Part shown: in pieces, positions 1 to 12,150 of the stretch
Numbering within the stretch: position 1 is the first letter of the stretch
Layout: each line of letters starts with the position of its first letter
NCBI GenBank assembly: GCA_053919585.1
Contig: CM132827.1
Direction: 5' to 3' (one strand)
DNA length: 64,000 bases
Origin: Euprymna scolopes
Lineage: Eukaryota
Made by a program: the position numbers and the translations under genes
Notes under the pieces: model-generated
What the model was told of the DNA's origin: nothing
Database searches by the model: none
Seen by the model: only the letters and a program-made list of their open reading frames with translations

Positions 1-3000
1 ACTCAGCGCCGAAGAAGACGGACGCATGTAATCTCGCTCCGTGTCTATTGAAATAAGGCATGGTTCTAAAACAAGATTTCAACTCGGCGCCGAAGAAGAC
101 GGACGCATGTAATCTCGCTCATTGCCTATTGAACTAAGGCATGGTTCTAAAACAAGATTTCAACTCGGCGCCGAAGAAGACGGACGCATGTAATCTCGCT
201 CCGTGCCTATTGAACTAAGGCATGGTTCTAAAACAAGAATTCAACTCGGCGCAGAAGAAGACGGACGCATGTAATCTCGCTCATTGCCTATTGAACTAAG
301 GCATGGTTCTAAAACAAGATTTCAACTCGGCGCCGAAGAAGACGGACGCATGTAATCTCGCTCCGTGCCTATTGAACTAAGGCATGGTTCTAAAACAAGA
401 TTTCAACTCGGCGCCGAAGAAGACGGACGCATGTAATCTCGCTCATTGCCTATTGAACTAAGGCATGGTTCTATAACAAGATTTCAACTCGGCGCCGAAG
501 AAGACGGACGCATGTAATCTCGCTCCGTGCCTATTGAACTAAGGCATGGTTCTAAAACAAGATTTCAACTCGGCGCCGAAGAAGACGGACGCATGTAATC
601 TCGCTCCGTGCCTATTGAACTAAGGCATGGTTCTAAAACAAGATTTCAACTCGGCGCCGAAGAAGACGGACGCATGTAATCTCGCTCATTGCCTATTGAA
701 CTAAGGCATGGTTCTAATACAAGATTTCAACTCGGCGCCGAAGAAGACGGACGCATGTAATCTCGCTCCGTGCCTATTGAACTAAGGCATGGTTCTAAAA
801 CAAGATTTCAACTCGGCGCCGAAGAAGACGGACGCATGTAATCTCGCTCCGTGTCTATTGAACTAAGGCATGGTTCTAAAACAAGATTTAAACTCAGCGC
901 CGAAGAAGACGGACGCATGTAATCTCGCTCCGTGCCTATTGAACTAAGGCATGGTTCTAAAACAAGATTTCAACTCGGCGCCGAAGAAGACGGACGCATG
1001 TAATCTCGCTCATTGCCTATTGAACTAAGGCATGGTTCTAAAACAAGATTTCAACTCGGCGCCGAAGAAGACGGACGCATGTAATCTCGCTCCGTGTCTA
1101 TTGAACTAAGGCATGGTTCTAAAACAAGATTTCAACTCAGCGCCGAAGAAGACGGACGCATGTAATCTCGCTCCGTGCCTATTGAACTAAGGCATGGTTC
1201 TAAAACAAGATTTCAACTCGGCGCCGAAGAAGACGGACGCATGTAATCTCGCTCCGTGCCTATTGAACTAAGGCATGGTTCTAAAACAAGATTTCAACTC
1301 GGCGCCGAAGAAGACGGACGCATGTAATCTCGCTCATTGCCTATTGAACTAAGGCATGGTTCTAAAACAAGATTTCAACTCGGCGCCGAAGAAGACGGAC
1401 GCATGTAATCTCGCTCCATGTCTATTGAACTAAGGCATGGTTCTAAAACAAGATTTCAACTCAGCGCCGAAGAAGACGGACGCATGTAATCTCGCTCCGT
1501 GCCTATTGAACTAAGGCATGGTTCTAAAACAAGATTTCAACTCAGCGCCGAAGAAGACGGACGCATGTAATCTCGCTCCGTGTCTATTGAACTAAGGCAT
1601 GGTTCTAAAACAAGATTTCAACTCGGCGCCGAAGAAGACAAACGCATGTAATCTCGCTTCGTGTCTATTGAACTAAGGCATGGTTCTAAAACAAGATTTC
1701 AACTCGGCGCCGAAGAAGACGGACGCATGTAATCTCGCTCCGTGCCTATTGAACTAAGGCATGGTTCTAAAACAAGATTTCAACTCGGCGCCGAAGAAGA
1801 CGGACGCATGTAATCTCGCTCCGTGTCTATTGAACTAAGGCATGGTTCTAAAACAAGATTTCAACTCGGTGCCGAAGAAGACGGACGCATGTAATCTCGC
1901 TCCGTGCCTATTGAACTAAGGCATGGTTCTAAAACAAGATTTCAACTCGGCGCCGAAGAAGACATACGCATGTAATCTCGCTCCGTGTCTATTGAACTAA
2001 GGCATGGTTCTAAAACAAGATTTAAACTCGGCGCCGAAGAAGAAAGACGCATGTAATCTCGCTCCGTGTCTATTGAACTAAGGCATGGTTCTAAAACAAG
2101 ATTTCAACTCGGCGCCGAAGAAGACGGACGCATGTAATCTCGCTCCGTGCCTATTGAACTAAGGCATGGTTCTAAAACAAGATTTCAACTCGGCGCCGAA
2201 GAAGACGGACGCATGTAATCTCGCTCATTGCCTATTGAACTAAGGCATGGTTCTAAAACAAGATTTCAACTCGGCGCCGAAGAAGACGGACGCATGTAAT
2301 CTCGCTCCGTGTCTATTGAACTAAGGCATGGTTCTAAAACAAGATTTCAACTCGGCGCCGAAGAAGACGGACGCATGTAATCTCGCTCCGTGCCTATTGA
2401 ACTAAGGCATGGTTCTAAAACAAGATTTCAACTCGGCGCCGAAGAAGACGGACGCATGTAATCTCGCTCATTGCCTATTGAACTAAGGCATGGTTCTAAA
2501 ACAAGATTTCAACTCGGCGCCGAAGAATACGGACGCATGTAATCTCGCTCCGTGTCTATTGAACTAAGGCATGGTTCTAAAACAAGATTTCAACTCGGCG
2601 CCGAAGAAGACGGGCGCATGTAATCTCGCTCCGTGCCTATTGAACTAAGGCATGGTTCTAAAACAAGATTTCAACTCGGCGCCAAAGAAGACGGACGCAT
2701 GTAATCTCGCTCCGTGTCTATTGAACTAAGGCATGGTTCTAAAACAAGATTTCAACTCGGCGCCGAAGAAGACGGACGCATGTAATCTCGCTCCGTGCCT
2801 ATTGAACTAAGGCATGGTTCTAAAACAAGATTTCAACTCGGCGCCGAAGAAGACGGACGCATGTAATCTCGCTCCGTGCCTATTGAACTAAGGCATGGTT
2901 CTAAAACAAGATTTCAACTCGGCGCCGAAGAAGACGGACGCATGTAATCTCGCTCATTGCCTATTGAACTAAGGCATGGTTCTAAAACAAGATTTCAAGT

Positions 3001-6000
3001 CGGCGCCGAAGAAGACGGACGCATGTAATCTCGCTCCGTGTCTATTGAACTAAGGCATGGTTCTAAAACAAGATTTCAACTCGGCGCCGAAGAAGACGGA
3101 CGCATGTAATCTCGCTCCGTGCCTATTGAACTAAGGCATGGTTCTAAAACAAGATTTCAACTCGGCGCCAAAGAAGACGGACGCATGTAATCTCGCTCCG
3201 TGTCTATTGAACTAAGGCATGGTTCTAAAACAAGATTTCAACTCAGCGCCGAAGAAGACGGACGCATGTAATCTCGCTCCGTGTCTATTGAACTAAGGAA
3301 TGGTTCTAAAACAAGATTTCAACTCGGCGCCGAAGAAGACGGACGCATGTAATCTCGCTCCGTGTCTATTGAACTAAGGCATGGTTCTAAAACAAGATTT
3401 CAACTCGGCGCCGAAGAAGACGGACGCATGTAATCTCGCTCATTGCCTATTGAACTAAGGCATGGTTCTAAAACAAGATTTCAACTCGGCGCCGAAGAAG
3501 ACGGACGCATGTAATCTCGCTCCGTGCCTATTGAACTAAGGCATGGTTCTAAAACAAGATTTCAACTCGGCGCCGAAGAAGACGGACGCATGTAATCTCG
3601 CTCCGTGACTATTGAACTAAGGCATGGTTCTAAAACAAGATTTAAACTCAGCGCCGAAGAAGACGGACGCATGTAATCTCGCTCCGTGCCTATTGAACTA
3701 AGGCATGGTTCTAAAACAAGATTTCAACTCGGCGCCGAAGAAGACGGACGCATGTAATCTCGCTCATTGCCTATTGAACTAAGGCATGGTTCTAAAACAA
3801 GATTTCAACTCGGCGCCGAAGAAGACGGACGCATGTAATCTCGCTCCGTGTCTATTGAACTAAGGCATGGTTCTAAAACAAGATTTCAACTCAGCGCCGA
3901 AGAAGACGGACGCATGTAATCTCGCTCCGTGCCTATTGAACTAAGGCATGGTTCTAAAACAAGATTTCAACTCGGCGCCGAAGAAGACGGACGCATGTAA
4001 TCTCGCTCCGTGCCTATTGAACTAAGGCATGGTTCTAAAACAAGATTTCAACTCGGCGCCGAAGAAGACGGACGCATGTAATCTCGCTCATTGCCTATTG
4101 AACTAAGGCATGGTTCTAAAACAAGATTTCAACTCGGCGCCGAAGAAGACGGACGCATGTAATCTCGCTCCGTGCCTATTGAACTAAGGCATGGTTCTAA
4201 AACAAGATTTCAACTCGGCGCCGAAGAAGACTGACGCATGTAATCTCGCTCCGTGACTATTGAACTAAGGCATGGTTCTAAAACAAGATTTAAACTCAGC
4301 GCCGAAGAAGACGGACGCATGTAATCTCGCTCCGTGCCTATTGAACTAAGGCATGGTTCTAAAACAAGATTTCAACTCGGCGCCGAAGAAGACGGACGCA
4401 TGTAATCTCGCTCCGTGTCTATTGAACTAAGGCATGGTTCTAAAAAAAGATTTCAACTCAGCGCCGAAGAAGACGGACGCATGTAATCTCGCTCCGTGCC
4501 TATTGAACTAAGGCATGGTTCTAAAACAAGATTTCAACTCGGCGCCGAAGAAGACGGACGCATGTAATCTCGCTCCGTGCCTATTGAACTAAGGCATGGT
4601 TCTAAAACAAGATTTCAACTCGGCGCCGAAGAAGACGGACGCATGTAATCTCGCTCCGTGCCTATTGAACTAAGGCATGGTTCTAAAACAAGATTTCAAC
4701 TCGGCGCCGAAGAAGACGGACGCATGTAATCTCGCTCCGTGCCTATTGAACTAAGGCATGGTTCTAAAACAAGATTTCAACTCGGCGCCGAAGAAGACGG
4801 ACGCATGTAATCTCGCTCATTGCCTATTGAACTAAGGCATGGTTCTAAAACAAGATTTCAAGTCGGCGCCGAAGAAGACGGACGCATGTAATCTCGCTCC
4901 GTGTCTATTGAACTAAGGCATGGTTCTAAAACAAGATTTCAACTCGGCGCCGAAGAAGACGGACGCATGTAATCTCGCTCCGTGCCTATTGAACTAAGGC
5001 ATGGTTCTAAAACAAGATTTCAACTCGGCGCCAAAGAAGACGGACGCATGTAATCTCGCTCCGTGTCTATTGAACTAAGGCATGGTTCTAAAACAAGATT
5101 TCAAATCAGCGCCGAAGAAGACGGACGCATGTAATCTCGCTCCGTGTCTATTGAACTAAGGAATGGTTCTAAAACAAGATTTCAACTCGGCGCCGAAGAA
5201 GACGGACGCATGTAATCTCGCTCCGTGTCTATTGAACTAAGGCATGGTTCTAAAACAAGATTTCAACTCGGCGCCGAAGAAGACGGACGCATGTAATCTC
5301 GCTCCGTGTCTATTGAACTAAGGCATGGTTCTAAAACAAGATTTCAACTCAGCGCCGAAGAAGACGGACGCATGTAATCTCGCTCATTGCCTATTGAACT
5401 AAGGCATGGTTCTAAAACAAGATTTCAACTCAGCGCCGAAGAAGACGGACGCATGTAATCTCGCTCCGTGCCTATTGAACTAAGGCATGGTTCTAAAACA
5501 AGATTTCAACTCGGCGCCAAAGAAGATGGACGCATGTAATCTCGCTCATTGCCTATTGAACTAAGGCATGGTTCTAAAACAAGATTTCAACTCGGCGCCG
5601 AAGAAGACGGACGCATGTAATCTCGCTCCGTGCCTATTGAACTAAGGCATGGTTCTAAAACAAGATTTCAACTCGGCGCCGAAGAAGACGGACGCATGTA
5701 ATCTCGCTCCGTGACTATTGAACTAAGGCATGGTTCTAAAACAAGATTTAAACTCAGCGCCGAAGAAGACGGACGCATGTAATCTCGCTCCGTGCCTATT
5801 GAACTAAGGCATGGTTCTAAAACAAGATTTCAACTCGGCGCCGAAGAAGACGGACGCATGTAATCTCGCTCATTGCCTATTGAACTAAGGCATGGTTCTA
5901 AAACAAGATTTCAACTCGGCGCCGAAGAAGACGGACGCATGTAATCTCGCTCCGTGTCTATTGAACTAAGGCATGGTTCTAAAACAAGATTTCAACTCAG

Positions 6001-9000
6001 CGCCGAAGAAGACGGACGCATGTAATCTCGCTCCGTGCCTATTGAACTAAGGCATGGTTCTAAAACAAGATTTCAACTCGGCGCCGAAGAAGACGGACGC
6101 ATGTAATCTCGCTCCGTGCCTATTGAACTAAGGCATGGTTCTAAAACAAGATTTCAACTCGGCGCCGAAGAAGACGGACGCATGTAATCTCGCTCCGTGC
6201 CTATTGAACTAAGGCATGGTTCTAAAACAAGATTTCAACTCGGCGCCGAAGAAGACGGACGCATGTAATCTCGCTCATTGCCTATTGAACTAAGGCATGG
6301 TTCTAAAACAAGATTTCAACTCGGCGCCGAAGAAGACGGACGCATGTAATCTCGCTCCGTGCCTATTGAACTAAGGCATGGTTCTAAAACAAGATTTCAA
6401 CTCGGCGCCGAAGAAGACGGACGCATGTAATCTCGCTCCGTGACTATTGAACTAAGGCATGGTTCTAAAACAAGATTTAAACTCAGCGCCGAAGAAGACG
6501 GACGCATGTAATCTCGCTCCGTGCCTATTGAACTAAGGCATGGTTCTAAAACAAGATTTCAACTCGGCGCCGAAGAAGACGGACGCATGTAATCTCGCTC
6601 ATTGCCTATTGAACTAAGGCATGGTTCTAAAACAAGATTTCAACTCGGCGCCGAAGAAGACGGACGCATGTAATCTCGCTCCGTGTCTATTGAACTAAGG
6701 CATGGTTCTAAAACAAGATTTCAACTCAGCGCCGAAGAAGACGGACGCATGTAATCTCGCTCCGTGCCTATTGAACTAAGGCATGGTTCTAAAACAAGAT
6801 TTCAACTCGGCGCCGAAGAAGACGGACGCATGTAATCTCGCTCCGTGCCTATTGAACTAAGGCATGGTTCTAAAACAAGATTTCAACTCGGCGCCGAAGA
6901 AGACGGACGCATGTAATCTCGCTCTTTGCCTATTGAACTAAGGCATGGTTCTAAAACAAGATTTCAACTCGGCGCCGAAGAAGACGGACGCATGTAATCT
7001 CGCTCCGTGTCTATTGAACTAAGGCATGGTTCTAAAACAAGATTTCAACTCGGCGCCGAAGAAGACGGACGCATGTAATCTCGCTTCGTGTCTATTGAAC
7101 TAAGGCATGGTTCTAAAACAAGATTTCAACTCGGCGCCGAAGAAGACGGACGCATGTAATCTCGCTCCGTGCCTATTGAACTAAGGCATGGTTCTAAAAC
7201 AAGATTTCAACTCGGCGCCGAAGAAGACGGACGCATGTAATCTCGCTCCGTGTCTATTGAACTAAGGCATGGTTCTAAAACAAGATTTCAACTCGGCGCC
7301 GAAGAAGACGGACGCATGTAATCTCGCTCCGTGCCTATTGAACTAAGGCATGGTTCTAAAACAAGATTTCAACTCGGCGCCGAAGAAGACATACGCATGT
7401 AATCTCGCTCCGTGTCTATTGAACTAAGGCATGGTTCTAAAACAAGATTTAAACTCGGCGCCAAAGAAGAAAGACGCATGTAATCTCGCTCCGTGTCTAT
7501 TGAACTAAGGCATGGTTCTAAAACAAGATTTCAACTCGGCGCCAAAGAAGACGGACGCATGTAATCTCGCTCCGTGCCTATTGAACTAAGGCATGGTTCT
7601 AAAACAAGATTTCAACTCGGCGCCGAAGAAGACGGACGCATGTAATCTCGCTCATTGCCTATTGAACTAAGGCATGGTTCTAAAACAAGATTTCAACTCG
7701 GCGCCGAAGAAGACGGACGCATGTAATCTCGCTCCGTGTCTATTGAACTAAGGCATGGTTCTAAAACAAGATTTCAACTCGGCGCCGAAGAAGACGGGCG
7801 CATGTAATCTCGCTCCGTGCCTATTGAACTAAGGCATGGTTCTAAAACAAGATTTCAACTCGGCGCCAAAGAAGACGGACGCATGTAATCTCGCTCCGTG
7901 TCTATTGAACTAAGGCATGGTTCTAAAACAAGATTTCAACTCAGCGCCGAAGAAGACGGACGCATGTAATCTCGCTCCGTGCCTATTGAACTAAGGCATG
8001 GTTCTAAAACAAGATTTCAACTCAGCGCCGAAGAAGACGGACGCATGTAATCTCGCTCCGTGCCTATTGAACTAAGGCATGGTTCTAAAACAAGATTTCA
8101 ACTCGGCGCCGAAGAAGACGGACGCATGTAATCTCGCTCATTGCCTATTGTACTAAGGCATGGTTCTAAAACAAGATTTCAACTCGGCGCCGAAGAAGAC
8201 GGACGCATGTAATCTCGCTCCGTGTCTATTGAACTAAGGCATGGTTCTAAAACAAGATTTCAACTCGGCGCCGAAGAAGACGGACGCATGTAATCTCGCT
8301 CCGTGCCTATTGAACTAAGGCATGGTTCTAAAACAAGATTTCAACTCGGCGCCAAAGAAGACGGACGCATGTAATCTCGCTCCGTGTCTATTGAACTAAG
8401 GCATGGTTCTAAAACAAGATTTCAACTCAGCGCCGAAGAAGACGGACGCATGTAATCTCGCTCCGTGTCTATTGAACTAAGGCATGGTTCTAAAACAAGA
8501 TTTCAACTCGGCGCCGAAGAAGACTGGCGCATGTAATCTCGCTCCGTGTCTATTGAACTAAGGCATGGTTCTAAAACAAGATTTCAACTCGGCGCCGAAG
8601 AAGACGGACGCATGTAATCTCGCTCCGTGTCTATTGAACTAAGGCATGGTTCTAAAACAAGATTTCAACTCAGCGCCGAAGAAGACGGACGCATGTAATC
8701 TCGCTCCGTGCCTATTGAACTAAGGCATGGTTCTAAAACAAGATTTCAACTCGGCGCCAAAGAAGACGGACGCATGTAATCTCGCTCCGTGTCTATTGAA
8801 CTAAGGCATGGTTCTAAAACAAGATTTCAACTCGGCGCCGAAGAAGACGGACGCATGTAATCTCGCTCCGTATCTATTGAACTAAGGCATGGTTCTAAAA
8901 CAAGATTTCAACTCGGCGCCGAAGAAGACGGACGCATGTAATCTCGCTCCGTGTCTATTGAACTAAGGCATGGTTCTAAAACAAGATTTCAACTCGGCGC

Positions 9001-10692
9001 CGAAGAAGACGGACGCATGTAATCTCGCTCCGTGTCTATTGAACTAAGGCATGGTTCTAAAACAAGATTTCAACTCGGCGCCGAAGAAGACATACGCATG
9101 TAATCTCGCTCCGTGTCTATTGAACTAAGGCATGGTTCTAAAACAAGATTTAAACTCGGCGCCGAAGAAGAAAGACGCATGTAATCTCGCTCCGTGTCTA
9201 TTGAACTAAGGCATGGTTCTAAAACAAGATTTCAACTCGGCGCCGAAGAAGACGGACGCATGTAATCTCGCTCCGTGCCTATTGAACTAAGGCATGGTTC
9301 TAAAACAAGATTTCAACTCGGCGCCGAAGAAGACGGACGCATGTAATCTCGCTCATTGCCTATTGAACTAAGGCATGGTTCTAAAACAAGATTTCAACTC
9401 GGCGCCGAAGAAGACGGACGCATGTAATCTCGCTCCGTGTCTATTGAACTAAGGCATGGTTCTAAAACAAGATTTCAACTCGGCGCCGAAGAAGACGGAC
9501 GCATGTAATCTCGCTCTGTGCCTATTGAACTAAGGCATGGTTCTAAAACAAGATTTCAACTCGGCGCCAAAGAAGACGGACGCATGTAATCTCGCTCATT
9601 GCCTATTGAACTAAGGCATGGTTCTAAAACAAGATTTCAACTCGGCGCCGAAGAAGACGGACGCATGTAATCTCGCTCCGTGTCTATTGAACTAAGGCAT
9701 GGTTCTAAAACAAGATTTCAACTCGGCGCCGAAGAAGACGGGCGCATGTAATCTCGCTCCGTGCCTATTGAACTAAGGCATGGTTCTAAAACAAGATTTC
9801 AACTCGGCGCCAAAGAAGACGGACGCATGTAATCTCGCTCCGTGTCTATTGAACTAAGGCATGGTTCTAAAACAAGATTTCAACTCAGCGCCGAAGAAGA
9901 CGGACGCATGTAATCTCGCTCCGTGCCTATTGAACTAAGGCATGGTTCTAAAACAAGATTTCAACTCGGCGCCGAAGAAGACGGACGCATGTAATCTCGC
10001 TCCGTGCCTATTGAACTAAGGCATGGTTCTAAAACAAGATTTCAACTCGGCGCCGAAGAAGACGGACGCATGTAATCTCGCTCATTGCCTATTGAACTAA
10101 GGCATGGTTCTAAAACAAGATTTCAACTCGGCGCCGAAGAAGACGGACGCATGTAATCTCGCTCCGTGTCTATTGAACTAAGGCATGGTTCTAAAACAAG
10201 ATTTCAACTCGGCGCCGAAGAAGACGGACGCATGTAATCTCGCTCCGTGCCTATTGAACTAAGGCATGGTTCTAAAACAAGATTTCAACTCGGCGCCAAA
10301 GAAGACGGACGCATGTAATCTCGCTCCGTGTCTATTGAACTAAGGCATGGTTCTAAAACAAGATTTCAACTCGGCGCCGAAGAAGACGGACGCATGTAAT
10401 CTCGCTCCGTGTCTATTGAACTAAGGCATGGTTCTAAAACAAGATTTCAACTCGGCGCCGAAGAAGACGGACGCATGTAATCTCGCTCCGTGTCTATTGA
10501 ACTAAGGCATTGTTCTAAAACAAGATTTCAACTCGGCGCCGAAGAAGACGGACGCATGTAATCTCGCTCCGTGTCTATTGAACTAAGGCATGGTTCTAAA
10601 ACAAGATTTCAACTCGGCGCCGAAGAAGACGGACGCATGTAATCTCGCTCCGTGCCTATTGAACTAAGGCATGGTTCTAAAACAAGATTTCA

Positions 10693-12150
10693 ACTCAGCG
10701 CCGAAGAAGACGGACGCATGTAATCTCGCTCCGTGCCTATTGAACTAAGGCATGGTTCTAAAACAAGATTTCAACTCGGCGCCGAAGAAGACGGACGCAT
10801 GTAATCTCGCTCCGTGCCTATTGAACTAAGGCATGGTTCTAAAACAAGATTTCAACTCGGCGCCGAAGAAGACGGACGCATGTAATCTCGCTCATTGCCT
10901 ATTGAACTAAGGCATGGTTCTAAAACAAGATTTCAACTCGGCGCCGAAGAAGACAGACGCATGTAATCTCGCTCCGTGTCTATTGAACTAAGGCATGGTT
11001 CTAAAACAAGATTTCAACTCGGCGCCGAAGAAGACGGACGCATGTAATCTCGCTCCGTGCCTATTGAACTAAGGCATGGTTCTAAAACAAGATTTCAACT
11101 CGGCGCCAAAGAAGACGGACGCATGTAATCTCGCTCCGTGTCTATTGAACTAAGGCATGGTTCTAAAACAAGATTTCAACTCAGCGCCGAAGAAGACGGA
11201 CGCATGTAATCTCGCTCCGTGCCTATTGAACTAAGGCATGGTTCTAAAACAAGATTTCAACTCGGCGCCGAAGAAGACGGACGCATGTAATCTCGCTCCG
11301 TGCCTATTGAACTAAGGCATGGTTCTAAAACAAGATTTCAACTCGGCGCCGAAGAAGACGGACGCATGTAATCTCGCTCATTGCCTATTGAACTAAGGCA
11401 TGGTTCTAAAACAAGATTTCAACTCGGCGCCGAAGAAGACGGACGCATGTAATCTCGCTCCGTGTCTATTGAACTAAGGCATGGTTCTAAAACAAGATTT
11501 CAACTCGGCGCCGAAGAAGACGGATGCATGTAATCTCGCTCCGTGCCTATTGAACTAAGGCATGGTTCTAAAACAAGATTTCAACTCGGCGCCAAAGAAG
11601 ACGGACGCATGTAATCTCGCTCCGTGTCTATTGAACTAAGGCATGGTTCTAAAACAAGATTTCAACTCAGCGCCGAAGAAGACGGACGCATGTAATCTCG
11701 CTCCGTGCCTATTGAACTAAGGCATGGTTCTAAAACAAGATTTCAACTCGGCGCCGAAGAAGACGGACGCATGTAATCTCGCTCCGTGCCTATTGAACTA
11801 AGGCATGGTTCTAAAACAAGATTTCAACTCGGCGCCGAAGAAGAGGGACGCATGTAATCTCGCTCATTGCCTATTGAACTAAGGCATGGTTCTAAAACAA
11901 GATTTCAACCTGGCGCCGAAGAAGACGGACGCATGTAATCTCGCTCCGTGTCTATTGAACTAAGGCATGGTTCTAAAACAAGATTTCAACTCGGCGCCGA
12001 AGAAGACGGACGCATGTAATCTCGCTCCGTGCCTATTGAACTAAGGCATGGTTCTAAAACAAGATTTCAACTCGGCGCCAAAGAAGACGGACGCATGTAA
12101 TCTCGCTCCGTGTCTATTTAACTAAGGCATGGTTCTAAAACAAGATTTCA
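10693..12150 (+). repeat. Higher-order repeat: 3 tandem copies of a 6-monomer (486-bp) unit
   Basis: The ordered variant string [TCA,TGC][TGC][CAT][TGT][TGC][CCA,TGT] starts at 10693, 11179 and 11665. Confidence 0.85.

Noticed and set aside
58-72. Minus-strand GTTTTAGAACCATGC resembles the 5' end of type II-A CRISPR repeats (GTTTTAGAGCTATGC, 13/15)
   Set aside because: There are no unique spacers (the intervening sequence is the same in every unit), no matching 3' end of the repeat, and no cas genes or leader. It is treated as a chance similarity.
105-148. Ancient internal duplication suggested by two GCATG motifs (GCATGTAATCT / GCATGGTTCT) 34 bp apart
   Set aside because: The similarity is too short and the spacing (34/47) does not give two alignable halves. 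It is not distinguishable from chance by eye.
82-162. Hammerhead ribozyme in satellite monomer (as in newt, schistosome and cricket satellites); CCGAAGA resembles CUGANGA
   Set aside because: The core U is absent and there is no GAAA after a stem II on the same strand. The minus strand has GAAA but no CUGANGA.
82-162. CENP-B box or Pol III A/B boxes (tRNA/SINE origin)
   Set aside because: Minus-strand TTCG lacks the downstream A and CGGG of the CENP-B box. GGTTCTAAA and TTTCAACTC only partly match the B box, and there is no A box or cloverleaf.
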